The notes beneath the pieces were generated by a model. The model was not told where the DNA came from. It did no database searches and worked only from the letters and a program-made list of their open reading frames with translations. A program made the position numbers and the translations under genes. A DNA stretch of 64,000 nt, taken from contig JAAAOM010000033.1 of the NCBI GenBank assembly GCA_009908855.1, forward strand, positions 7,200 to 71,199. Direction: 5' to 3'. Each line of letters opens with the position of its first letter. The stretch's first letter is position 1. Positions 8,852 through 18,822 of the stretch are shown here, piece after piece. This DNA is from Bacteroidota bacterium. Lineage in GTDB: Bacteria > Bacteroidota > Bacteroidia > Bacteroidales > JAAAOM01.

Positions 8852-10000
8852 ATGAAAAATTTACGCCACTTTAAACCACAATCACTTTTAATACTGGCGC
8901 TGGCTTTAGCCTTGTCAGCCTGCGAAGACAACGATTCAGATACAGACCCAAACACCTATACCATCCCCGATACTTATACTTTCTCCGATGATGAAGGAAA
9001 TAACACCGTAAGTTATCAGGGACAAATAGACCGGTTGAATCAGTTAAGTGAAATGAATGACCTTATGGACGAGGCAACCACCGGAACCATCGACGCTCAG
9101 GACCTGAAAGACATGTATGCCAATACTGGCGACGACGGCAATGGCAATTTTTCATTCACATCCTCAAAACAGCTTAAAAACAAGACCTTTGGCGCCGGTG
9201 TCGATGCATCGACCCAGGAAATGTTTGAAAACTTTATGGATAGCCTTGCTGCCAATAGCGAAAGTTTTGATCAGACCGCGGCCGAAGGAGTTGCAGGAAT
9301 TGCCTCCAGTGGTTCCGGCAATTATTTGGTGAGCGCCAATGGCATTGAGTACAAACAACTCATTGAAAAAGGACTTATGGGCGCCGTTTTCTATTACCAG
9401 GCGGTTTCGTATTACCTGAGTGATGCCAAAATTGGTGAGGGTGTTGATAACGAATCACCTTCCGATCCGGAAGCCGGCAAATACTACACTGCCATGGAGC
9501 ACCATTGGGATGAAGCATTTGGTTATTTTGGTGTTCCCGTTGATTTTCCTGCAACCTTAACCGACCGTTTCTGGGGAAAATACACCAACAGTCGTGATGA
9601 AGCAGGGTTAATGTCGTACGACAAAAGCGTAAACAATGCCATGATGGATGCTTTTATCGCCGGAAGAGCTGCAGTATCCAACGACGATACGGATGCCAAA
9701 AACGAAAACATCCGGATCATCAGAGAAACCTGGGAGTTGATCTCAGCCGCACAGGCCATTGACTATTTTGAAGGGGCACAAGCCAACTTCGGTTCAGACA
9801 ATGCCAAGTTTCTTCATGAACTATCAGAGGCCTGGGCATTTACCAACACCCTGAAATATTCACCTGAAGAAACCCGGAAAATAACCAATGAAAAGGTAGA
9901 TCACATTTTAAATGACGTGATCGGTGATAATTTCTGGGAAGTTACTTCACAGGATTTATCAGATGCTATTGACGAAATAAAAACGGTTTATGGATTATAG
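8852..10000 (+). CDS. DUF4856-type lipoprotein (imelysin-associated, probable iron uptake)
   Basis: Lipobox LALSAC; QLIEKGLMGA, EHHWDEAFGYFG and HELSEAWAF motifs; context. Confidence 0.82.
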   Translation: MKNLRHFKPQSLLILALALALSACEDNDSDTDPNTYTIPDTYTFSDDEGNNTVSYQGQIDRLNQLSEMNDLMDEATTGTIDAQDLKDMYANTGDDGNGNFSFTSSKQLKNKTFGAGVDASTQEMFENFMDSLAANSESFDQTAAEGVAGIASSGSGNYLVSANGIEYKQLIEKGLMGAVFYYQAVSYYLSDAKIGEGVDNESPSDPEAGKYYTAMEHHWDEAFGYFGVPVDFPATLTDRFWGKYTNSRDEAGLMSYDKSVNNAMMDAFIAGRAAVSNDDTDAKNENIRIIRETWELISAAQAIDYFEGAQANFGSDNAKFLHELSEAWAFTNTLKYSPEETRKITNEKVDHILNDVIGDNFWEVTSQDLSDAIDEIKTVYGL

Positions 10001-11186
10001 TACCCTATCAATTTCACATACCAAAACAGACAAAGAGCCGGGCGCAAAGTTGCCCGGCACTTTGCGTTTGATCAGCCGGTTTTTTTTCATTTTAACGGTA
10101 TGTTTATTTACCATTACCAGCTGCGAAGATGAAGAAACCAATACCGGGTCGAATGAATTTGATCGAAGCACAATGCTTGCTAATTATGCGCATAATATTA
10201 TCATACCCAATTACGCAACACTTAATAACGCAGTAGATAGCCTGAATAAGGCGATTAATAATTTTACTTCATCACCGGATACCGTGAAATTACAACAACT
10301 GCGTGAAGCATGGTATAACGTTGCCATGAACTGGCAACATTGTTCAACCTTTGAGTTCGGCCCCGCTTCCGATGTATTGCTTCGGGCCTCTATGAACACA
10401 TTCCCGACGAATGTTGACCAGATCAACGATAACATATCCTGGGGAAGCTATAACCTCGAAACGGCGGGTAATATTGATGCCATTGGCCTTCCTGCACTCG
10501 ATTATCTCATAAACGGAGTGGGTGAAGATGATGAGTCCATCGTTTCAATGTATATGAATAATGATCAATCGGAGAACCGAAAACAATACTTAGCTGATCT
10601 GGCTGCGCAAATGCAATCCAAAGTATCTGCTGTTTATAACGATTGGGTAACAGATGGCGGAAATTATCAGAAAATGTTTATTGCGTCCGACGGTATGGAT
10701 ATCGGCAGTTCGGTAGGACTATTGGTGAACGAATTAAATTTCGATTTCGAGATTATTAAAAATGCCAAAATCGGCATTCCGCTCGGTGAAAAAACGCTTG
10801 GTTCACCCCTGCCCCAACATGTTGAGGCCTTTTACCACAAGCAGTCAGTCGATTTTGCCGTTGAACACATCAAAGCCATTGACAATATTTTTAATGGCAG
10901 GAGTCGTGCAGGCATTGACAGCACAGGCCTCGACGATAATTTAAATGCGCTGGATGCAAAACACAGCAGTGGTATACCGCTGGCTGAGGCCATCAATAAT
11001 CAGTTCGACGACTGTATTTCAGCCGTTGAGTCGATCCCTGATCCCTTGTCAGAAGCCGTGGAAAATAACAGTACTGTTGTTGATGCAGCGCATACCGAGC
11101 TAAAAAAACAAGTGGTATTGCTTAAAACAGATTTGCCCTCTACCCTGAGTGTTTTAATCACTTATCAGGATAATGATGGTGATTGA
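9990..11186 (+). CDS. Imelysin (peptidase M75)-family lipoprotein
   Basis: Lipobox TITSC; IIIPNY, FEFGPA, GLPALDYL, C-terminal DNDGD; true start may be a downstream TTG (~10062). Confidence 0.87.
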   Translation: MDYSTLSISHTKTDKEPGAKLPGTLRLISRFFFILTVCLFTITSCEDEETNTGSNEFDRSTMLANYAHNIIIPNYATLNNAVDSLNKAINNFTSSPDTVKLQQLREAWYNVAMNWQHCSTFEFGPASDVLLRASMNTFPTNVDQINDNISWGSYNLETAGNIDAIGLPALDYLINGVGEDDESIVSMYMNNDQSENRKQYLADLAAQMQSKVSAVYNDWVTDGGNYQKMFIASDGMDIGSSVGLLVNELNFDFEIIKNAKIGIPLGEKTLGSPLPQHVEAFYHKQSVDFAVEHIKAIDNIFNGRSRAGIDSTGLDDNLNALDAKHSSGIPLAEAINNQFDDCISAVESIPDPLSEAVENNSTVVDAAHTELKKQVVLLKTDLPSTLSVLITYQDNDGD

Positions 11187-11207
11187 CCCATTTATAGCTA
11201 TGCACGC

Positions 11208-12548
11208 ATGAAAAATCTCCAAAAACAACTTGATAAACAAGTCTATATTGCACCTTTGATCACTTTCAGGGTGCTTTTTGGATTTATAATGCTGGTAAGC
11301 CTTATACGGTTTATGGCCAATGGCTGGGTTGATCAACTGTACGTTGCACCCAAATTCTTTTTTACCTATTACGGTTTTGACTGGGTTCAACCGCTGAACG
11401 AAACGGGTATGTATATCGTTTTTGGCCTGATGATAGCCGCTACTATAGGTATCATGCTTGGGTCATTTTACAAAACAGCCATCACCGTTTTTTTTATTTG
11501 CTTCACCTATGTTGAGCTGCTTGACAAATCGAACTACCTCAACCACTATTATTTCGTAAGTATCATTTCCTTTATTATGATCTGGCTTCCGGCTCACCGC
11601 TTCTTTTCAGTTGATGCATTGCGAAATCCATCCATCCGCCGGACACAAGTTCCTGCATGGTGTACAGGTAGTATTAAACTGCAATTGATAATTGTTTATT
11701 TTTTTGCCGGATTGGCCAAAATCAATAGCGACTGGCTTTTAAACGCCTTGCCATTAAAGATATGGCTGCCAGCAACCAGCGATTTGCCCGTTGCAGGGCC
11801 TTTTATGGATGAAGCCTGGGTGGCCTATTTGCTTAGTTGGTCCAGTTGTTTGTACGATCTGTCCATCCCCTTTCTCCTGTTGTACAAAAAAACAAGGCCC
11901 TATGCTTTTATGGCCGTGATCGTATTTCATGTACTTACCAAAGTATTCCTCCCGGTTATTGGTATGTTTCCCTATATCATGATTTTGTCGACCACCATTT
12001 TCTTCCCGGGAGACAGACATAGAAAGATATTCACAACCATTCAACAATGCTTTGGCCGATTACAAAAAGTACCGGATACAGAATTGCATTTCCGTGCCAT
12101 TCATAAAAAATCTTTAACCAGTCTCTTTGGACTGTTTTTTATGCTCCAGCTATTACTGCCGATACGCTATTTGCTGTATCCGGGAAACCTTTTTTGGACG
12201 GAACAGGGATATCGTTTTTCCTGGCGTGTGATGCTCATGGAGAAAGCAGGTACGGTCTTCTTTTACGTAAGAGACCCGTCCACAGAAAATGAGGCAGAGA
12301 TCACCAACCGCGATTATTTAACCCCTTTTCAGGAGAAAATGATGGCCACACAAGCGGATATGATCTTACAGTATGCCCATTTAATCAGGGATGAATACAA
12401 AAAGAAAGGTATTAAAAACCCCGAGGTAAGGGTTGAGTCCTATGTGTCGTTAAACGGCACTGGAAGCCGGTTATTTATCGATTCAACCGTGAATCTTGCG
12501 GCTGAAGAACGTGGTTTCAGGCATAAAGATTGGGTATTACAATATTAA
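11208..12548 (+). CDS. HTTM-domain / vitamin K-dependent gamma-carboxylase-like membrane protein
   Basis: FRVLFG, YLNHYY, VYFFAGLAKINSDWL, WTEQGYRFSWRVMLMEK. Confidence 0.92.
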   Translation: MKNLQKQLDKQVYIAPLITFRVLFGFIMLVSLIRFMANGWVDQLYVAPKFFFTYYGFDWVQPLNETGMYIVFGLMIAATIGIMLGSFYKTAITVFFICFTYVELLDKSNYLNHYYFVSIISFIMIWLPAHRFFSVDALRNPSIRRTQVPAWCTGSIKLQLIIVYFFAGLAKINSDWLLNALPLKIWLPATSDLPVAGPFMDEAWVAYLLSWSSCLYDLSIPFLLLYKKTRPYAFMAVIVFHVLTKVFLPVIGMFPYIMILSTTIFFPGDRHRKIFTTIQQCFGRLQKVPDTELHFRAIHKKSLTSLFGLFFMLQLLLPIRYLLYPGNLFWTEQGYRFSWRVMLMEKAGTVFFYVRDPSTENEAEITNRDYLTPFQEKMMATQADMILQYAHLIRDEYKKKGIKNPEVRVESYVSLNGTGSRLFIDSTVNLAAEERGFRHKDWVLQY

Positions 12549-12586
12549 TTATTTGTTGACATGTTTATAAAAACAATAGCAAATTA

Positions 12587-15034
12587 ATGGATAAGCAACT
12601 GAAAATTATACCAGGTATCCTATTACTACTATTTATTCTGAGTGCTTTAAACGCGCAGGAATACTCAGTTACCGGAAAGATTATTGATCAAAAAACCGGA
12701 AAGGGGCTTGAAGAAACATTTATAAAAGTCGAAAACCGGTCAAAACAGCTCATTACAAATTCGAACGGGTATTTCAGTATCCATCATTTAAAACCCGGCA
12801 TACATAAAATAACCATTTTTGCCTTCGGTTATGAAGTTGTTGTACGCGAGATTGAGGTACAGTCAGAAGATATCGATGTAAATATTGAAATGAATGAGCT
12901 TGAAGAGCAGCTTGCGGAGATATTTGTTGAAAAGAGCCGGCAGGATAAATTTGGTATGGCCCACCTGCGATCCGTTGAGGGCATGTCAATTTATGCTTCC
13001 AGGAAAAACGAAGTTGTGTTGCTGGACAATATCAATGCCAACAAGGCCACAAACAATAGCCGCCAGATTTATGCACGGGTTCCGGGCCTCAATATCTGGG
13101 AAAGCGACGCCGCGGGCTTGCAATTGGGCATAGGCGGACGGGGTTTAAGCCCTAAACGAACCTCCAATTTTAATACCCGCCAAAATGGCTATGACATAAG
13201 CGCCGATGCCATGGGATACCCTGAAAGTTATTATACACCACCGGCAGAAGCACTGGAAAAAATTGAAATCGTACGAGGGGCAGCTTCGCTTCAATATGGC
13301 ACTCAATTTGGTGGTATGGTAAATTTTGACCTAAGAGACGGGCCTGCTGATAAAAAAATGGAATTGACATCACGGCAATCAGTAGGTTCTTATGGGTTGT
13401 TCAATTCCTATAACAGCCTGGGAGGTACCGTTGGTAACCTCAACTATTACACCTGTTATCACCACAAACAAGGCAATGGCTGGCGACCGAACACCTCCTT
13501 CGGGTCCAATACAGCGTTTATCAATCTTGGTTACACCTTTTCGGAGAATTTATCCATCGGGATTGATTTTACGTTTATGGATTACCAGTCTCAACAGCCC
13601 GGCGGACTCACAGACGATGAATTTAGAGAAGACCCGTCGCAATCCAACCGCGAACGAAACTGGTTTAAGGTAACCTGGAACCTCCCGGCGTTTTGGCTCG
13701 ATTACCGGTTCAGCCCAAAAACCAAAATAAACCTGCGTACCTTTGGGTTAATTGCTGAAAGAAGCTCTTTAGGTTATTTGGGAAGGATCGACCGGCCCGA
13801 CCCCATACCGCTTATTAACCGCGACCTGATATATGGCGCATTCAATAACTGGGGGACAGAATTGCGGTTCATGCAGCATTACAATGCCTTGTTCGGCAAA
13901 CGAGCGGTGTTGTTGCTCGGAAGCCGTTATTATATCGGTCATACAGTTAATAAACAAGGTTATGCCAATGATGGATACGGGGCAGATTTTACTTTTCTTC
14001 CCGATGAAAACCTGAAATCTTCCCACCAGTTACCCAGTACCAATTGGGCCTTTTTTGCTGAAAACGTTATTCACCTCTCACCCAAACTGAGCCTTACACC
14101 AGGGATTCGATTTGAATATATCAATACCGAAAGCAACGGTTATTATAATGAATCGCGTAAAGATTTCGCAGGCAATGTTATTTTAGAGCTCCAACACAAA
14201 GATAGTTTGCAAAAGGAACGCTCCTTTGTACTGGTTGGATTAGGTGCCAGCTATAAACCGAATGAATCGATTGAGCTATACGCCAACCTTTCCCAAAACT
14301 ACAGGGCTATTAATTTCAATGACCTGCGCATTGACAACCCCAACCTGCGTATTGATGAAAACCTGAAAGACGAGAAGGGCTACAATGCCGAAATAGGGAT
14401 GAGAGGAAATTACCGAAACAAACTGTCGTTCGATGCCAGCCTTTTTTACTTAAAATATAACAACCGCATCAATGGTATGAACACCAAAGACACTGTTGAG
14501 ATTGCTACCTATCGGTTCCGTACCAATGTGGGAGACTCCAGGTCGGTTGGCATAGAAACGTATATGGAGGCCGATCTGACCAGTATTTTTAAATCCGAAA
14601 CAGCGTTAAACCAGTTTTTACTATTTTCAAATTTCTCAGTCGTTTCAGCTCGGTATGTTCAATCAAAAAGGCCCGGTGTAAAAGGCAATGAAGTTGAATT
14701 TGTACCGCCTGTAACACTCAAAACAGGACTTACATATCGCAGAAAAGCCTTTTCCATTACCTGTCAATATGCCTACACGCATGAACATTTTAGTGATGCC
14801 AGCAATGCGGCAGAGGTAATGACTGCTACCAGCGGATTGATTCCATCGTATGCCGTAATGGACCTGTCGGCCCGTTATACTTTTAAATTTTTAACCCTGG
14901 AAGCCGGGATCAACAATCTTACCAACGAATCGTATTTTACTTTTCGTGCCACCGGTTATCCCGGGCCCGGAATTATCCCCTCCGAACCACGTGCATTTTA
15001 TACCACGCTACAGATTAAACTATTTCCTCTTTAA
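12587..15034 (+). CDS. TonB-dependent receptor, FecA-like, with N-terminal carboxypeptidase-regulatory-like domain
   Basis: Plug motifs RVPGL, IGGRG, IEIVRGAASLQYG; GINNLTNESY near the C-terminus. Confidence 0.93.
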   Translation: MDKQLKIIPGILLLLFILSALNAQEYSVTGKIIDQKTGKGLEETFIKVENRSKQLITNSNGYFSIHHLKPGIHKITIFAFGYEVVVREIEVQSEDIDVNIEMNELEEQLAEIFVEKSRQDKFGMAHLRSVEGMSIYASRKNEVVLLDNINANKATNNSRQIYARVPGLNIWESDAAGLQLGIGGRGLSPKRTSNFNTRQNGYDISADAMGYPESYYTPPAEALEKIEIVRGAASLQYGTQFGGMVNFDLRDGPADKKMELTSRQSVGSYGLFNSYNSLGGTVGNLNYYTCYHHKQGNGWRPNTSFGSNTAFINLGYTFSENLSIGIDFTFMDYQSQQPGGLTDDEFREDPSQSNRERNWFKVTWNLPAFWLDYRFSPKTKINLRTFGLIAERSSLGYLGRIDRPDPIPLINRDLIYGAFNNWGTELRFMQHYNALFGKRAVLLLGSRYYIGHTVNKQGYANDGYGADFTFLPDENLKSSHQLPSTNWAFFAENVIHLSPKLSLTPGIRFEYINTESNGYYNESRKDFAGNVILELQHKDSLQKERSFVLVGLGASYKPNESIELYANLSQNYRAINFNDLRIDNPNLRIDENLKDEKGYNAEIGMRGNYRNKLSFDASLFYLKYNNRINGMNTKDTVEIATYRFRTNVGDSRSVGIETYMEADLTSIFKSETALNQFLLFSNFSVVSARYVQSKRPGVKGNEVEFVPPVTLKTGLTYRRKAFSITCQYAYTHEHFSDASNAAEVMTATSGLIPSYAVMDLSARYTFKFLTLEAGINNLTNESYFTFRATGYPGPGIIPSEPRAFYTTLQIKLFPL

Positions 15035-15166
15035 TTTAATTAATGTGCATGAAAAAATAGTGGGTATGAACGCATGGACATTCTATAACCTCAATGATTG
15101 CCGGGTTATGCAAAAAGACTTTGGAATCTTAAAAATTCCTATTTTAGCTGTTTAACTAATAAACCA

Positions 15167-16432
15167 ATGACAATGGGTAACAACAAGCTGGTGCAACGCG
15201 AAACTTTGATCCCTTTTATTCTGCTAACAAGTTTATTTGCCTGGTGGGGGCTGGCCAACAACATGACCGACACACTGCTGGCAGCTTTTAAAAAAATAAA
15301 AAGTATGTCTGATTTTCAGACATCGCTTATCCAGATGGCTTTTTATGGCGCCTATTTTTGTTTTGCCCTGCCGGCCGCCATTTTTGTTACCCGGTTCACT
15401 TATAAAAGCGGGGTGTTGCTCGGGCTGGCATTGTTTATCATTGGTGGCTTGCTGTTTTATCCTTCCAGTATCAGCATGCAATATGGGCACTTCCTGGTTT
15501 CACTTTACATTTTGGCCGCCGGATTGTCTGTGTTAGAGACCAGCGCCAATCCCTATATTTTGGTTATGGGACCACCCGAAACGGCTACCCAACGACTAAA
15601 CCTGGCACAATCGTTTAATCCCATTGGTTCCATATTGGGTGTGTTAATCAGCAAGGTTTTTATTTTGTCAAACCTTAATGCGGTAAATAAGGCGGAACGA
15701 ATGGCAATGCCTGCCGAAGAACTCAGGCATATCCAGTCGGAAGAATTGACCGCCGTGATGAATCCGTATGTTACGGTGGCCTTCATTCTATTGATTGTCT
15801 GGATTGCGATTGCATTTCTTAAAATGCCCCGTGAAAAGGATACGCGTGATGTAAAAATAAAGGCTTCTTTAAGCCGGTTGCTAAAAAACAAAAATTATAT
15901 GCTGGGTGTCCTGGCACAATTTTTCTATATAGGGGCACAAATAGGTATCTGGTCGTATACCATACGATATGTCATGCAGGAACTCGGGATTAATGAAGCA
16001 GCTGCCGCCAGCTATTACCTGGCATCATTGGGGTTATTTGCCCTGTTCCGGTTTATTTCTACCCTGTTAATGTCGTACATTAAGCCTGTAAACCTGTTGG
16101 CACTATTATCCGTAATAGCCGCATTGCTTGTGCTAATTGTGATGAATATCGGAGGTATGACCGGTGTTATATCGTTGGTGTTAATATCAGCATGTATGTC
16201 GCTGATGTTCCCGACCATTTACGGACTGGCCCTTGAAAATGCCGGTGAAGATACCAAAATTGGCGGATCAGGATTGATCATGGCTATTTTGGGAGGAGCG
16301 GCATTAACGGCTGTGCAAGGAATTGTATCGGATAATGTTGGAATCAACTTCGCATTTATTGTGCCATTGTGCTGCTTCCTGGTCGTTTTCGGTTTTGCTT
16401 TTGTTAAAATGCGTGAAATTAGAAATGCATAA
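15167..16432 (+). CDS. fucP: MFS sugar:H+ symporter, FucP family
   Basis: LFAWWGLANN, AFYGAYF, LETSANPYI, RLNLAQSFNPIG, MSLMFPTIY, GLIMAILGGA; substrate not established. Confidence 0.85.
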   Translation: MTMGNNKLVQRETLIPFILLTSLFAWWGLANNMTDTLLAAFKKIKSMSDFQTSLIQMAFYGAYFCFALPAAIFVTRFTYKSGVLLGLALFIIGGLLFYPSSISMQYGHFLVSLYILAAGLSVLETSANPYILVMGPPETATQRLNLAQSFNPIGSILGVLISKVFILSNLNAVNKAERMAMPAEELRHIQSEELTAVMNPYVTVAFILLIVWIAIAFLKMPREKDTRDVKIKASLSRLLKNKNYMLGVLAQFFYIGAQIGIWSYTIRYVMQELGINEAAAASYYLASLGLFALFRFISTLLMSYIKPVNLLALLSVIAALLVLIVMNIGGMTGVISLVLISACMSLMFPTIYGLALENAGEDTKIGGSGLIMAILGGAALTAVQGIVSDNVGINFAFIVPLCCFLVVFGFAFVKMREIRNA

Positions 16433-16815
16433 AGTATGACATGAATAAAATCTTAATTCGTGCCGAACTATCAGTGCTCAAAACATTCGCTTCTTCAAGT
16501 GTGCTAAAAACCGGAAATGGGGATGAATTAACAGGATTGAGCCGTATTATTGATTCGGAATTAAACCAATACTATGTACCCTATGGATGGTTGCCAGGTA
16601 TAAAAATATACAAGGTATACCATATTCTTTCAACGGATTAATATTCTACCTTCGGTCATATTTATTGCAAAGGTCTAGTGCACAGAAAAAAGCAGAACCC
16701 ACGTATAACTGTGAAACAGCTATTCAGAAACTTATACATTCAGCTGTTAATGCCGGCAGCAATAATGCATTTAAACACTTCTGACATTTTTTTTGCTTGT
16801 TATTTCATTGTTTTT

Positions 16816-16845
16816 AAGGCAGCGCAATCGAACGCTGCCTTTTTA
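16816..16845. terminator. Rho-independent terminator between convergent units
   Basis: AAGGCAGCG-N8-CGCTGCCTT followed by TTT. Confidence 0.8.
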
Positions 16846-16860
16846 ATTTAGACCCATTGG

Positions 16861-17145
16861 CTATTTCAACCTCAATTTATGCGGACTGGATCTTGGAACA
16901 CGTTCAATTACCTTCCCGGCTTCCGGATCGAGTTTTACGATAACCATGTACCATACTACTTTGCCATCAAAACTGTTGGTCAGTTCATCCACTGCCAGAT
17001 CCGTTAATTCCTCAAAACTTATCTCGCCGCGGGTTTTGAGGGTGTTTAAAATAAATTGGCTAATTGCATCGTACCGTCTTTTGAGAATGTTTACCCCTTT
17101 TTTGCCTTGTGGATGGAGGGTGGTTATTTTTTCTTCGGTTCGCAT
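16861..17145 (-). CDS. Small conserved protein (DUF6958-like)
   Basis: LHPQGKKGVNI...FDGKVVWY..VKLD.EA...IER pattern. Confidence 0.75.
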   Translation of the reverse strand: MRTEEKITTLHPQGKKGVNILKRRYDAISQFILNTLKTRGEISFEELTDLAVDELTNSFDGKVVWYMVIVKLDPEAGKVIERVPRSSPHKLRLK

Positions 17146-17181
17146 TTTTAACGAAATTATTTTATGTATGATTGCCGATAT

Positions 17182-17433
17182 TCAAATTTGATTTTTTTTA
17201 TACCGGTGGATCAATTGCGTAAGCCCATAAATGATCAACCTAATCACTGAAATAAACACGTAGATGGTCAATGCTACAATGAATACATAGTGCAAGCTGG
17301 TATATATTTCGGTCCACTTATTTGATATCGTAATAATGGCATATATGTTCAATATGAGTGCAACAATCAAACAAGCCGTAAAAATCAACAATTCTTTTTT
17401 CTTAGCCTTAGCGGTTATAATTGTATCTCTCAT
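17182..17433 (-). CDS. Small two-helix membrane protein, hypothetical
   Basis: Two hydrophobic segments; starts 6 bp after the upstream oxidoreductase stop. Confidence 0.75.
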   Translation of the reverse strand: MRDTIITAKAKKKELLIFTACLIVALILNIYAIITISNKWTEIYTSLHYVFIVALTIYVFISVIRLIIYGLTQLIHRYKKNQI

Positions 17434-17439
17434 CTTAAT

Positions 17440-18735
17440 TTATATTTTATATTGTTCCGGAAAATATACAGTTTGATGTTTCTCAATGGCTTCTTCGCCC
17501 ATTAATGAAGCTATACTGGCATAAAAGCCCTGACGTGTAATTTCAGTATCAATGTGATTTTTACGTATGGATTCAACAAACGACTTTAGTAACATATCGG
17601 TTCCATCTCCATGCGGATCATTAGGGATAATTGGTTCACCGTCTCTATCAATCGCTGTTTCGGGCACCCAACTAGTGCCTCCTAAAGGAGTAGCCTCAAA
17701 AATACCATGCTCAATATTGGTAATTAACTGAAGGATACCCGGTGCCGGAGGTGGTGTTTCAGGGTAGTATTTGTTTTTTTCGAGTTCCATGGTTCCTAAA
17801 TGACCTAAAATTTGTTCATCCACACCATATAGTTTATTGGAGGTAAGACAGTCGTAATTGAGTTTAACCCCCGATTGGTAATTATAAACCAAGCTTACGT
17901 TGTCACAAACTTCTCGTCCATCTTTCCAAAAATTGATACTACCTGAGCCCATAACCGATGTCGGAAAATCTTTCAATATCCAATTGCTCACCTGTATCTG
18001 ATGAGATGCAAGTTCGGTCATAACTCCCGCACTATATTCTTTGTATAGTCGCCAGTTTAACGTCCTTTCCAACTCCGGGGAAGGTATTTCTCTTCGCCAA
18101 TCATTGTTGCGATGCCAAAATGCCCGAATATGGGTAATTGTTCCCAGTTCTCCTTCATCTATGCGTTTTATACCATCAAGATATCTTACATCAAAGATAC
18201 GTTGATGACCGATATAAAGCAACTTACCGGTACGTTCCTGTGCTTTTACCATTTTAAAACAATCTTCATAATTTCTGGCCATGGCTTTTTCACACATAAC
18301 GTGCTTACCTGCTTCAAGCGCCTCAATGGTAATATGAGCATGCTGATATAATGGAGTTGCAATCACAACCCCGTCAATCTCATGCATATCTAAAATATGT
18401 CTGTAATCGGCCAATGCATTTTGTTTATCTACACCACTTAGTTTAATGGCTTCTTTAAGATGTGGGGGATAATTGTCACAAACTGCCGTAATTTCAACGC
18501 CGGGTATATACTTCAAATGTTCAATTAACAAAGTTCCTCTGACACCTATACCGATCACGCCCAGTTTAACTATCCTACCAGGGTCATGCACTGGTTCAGC
18601 GCCAAATACCTTAAACCAGGGTAAACTTGATAAGAAATAAGCACCACCGGCTAAAATCCCAAAGTTTTCAAGAAATTCACGTCTACCATATGTTGAAATG
18701 TCCGTCTCTCTTTTTTTATCGTTACACTTTGCCAT
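17440..18735 (-). CDS. Tat-exported Gfo/Idh/MocA family oxidoreductase
   Basis: GRREFL Tat motif; GVIGIGVRG; IATP; HVMCEKAM. Confidence 0.93.
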   Translation of the reverse strand: MAKCNDKKRETDISTYGRREFLENFGILAGGAYFLSSLPWFKVFGAEPVHDPGRIVKLGVIGIGVRGTLLIEHLKYIPGVEITAVCDNYPPHLKEAIKLSGVDKQNALADYRHILDMHEIDGVVIATPLYQHAHITIEALEAGKHVMCEKAMARNYEDCFKMVKAQERTGKLLYIGHQRIFDVRYLDGIKRIDEGELGTITHIRAFWHRNNDWRREIPSPELERTLNWRLYKEYSAGVMTELASHQIQVSNWILKDFPTSVMGSGSINFWKDGREVCDNVSLVYNYQSGVKLNYDCLTSNKLYGVDEQILGHLGTMELEKNKYYPETPPPAPGILQLITNIEHGIFEATPLGGTSWVPETAIDRDGEPIIPNDPHGDGTDMLLKSFVESIRKNHIDTEITRQGFYASIASLMGEEAIEKHQTVYFPEQYKI

Positions 18736-18822
18736 ACCTACAAAATTAATGAAAAGAATTTTATTGTCATTTTGTTACATATTCTTACTACTTAAATTGT
18801 AAAACGCCTGTTAACATTCATT

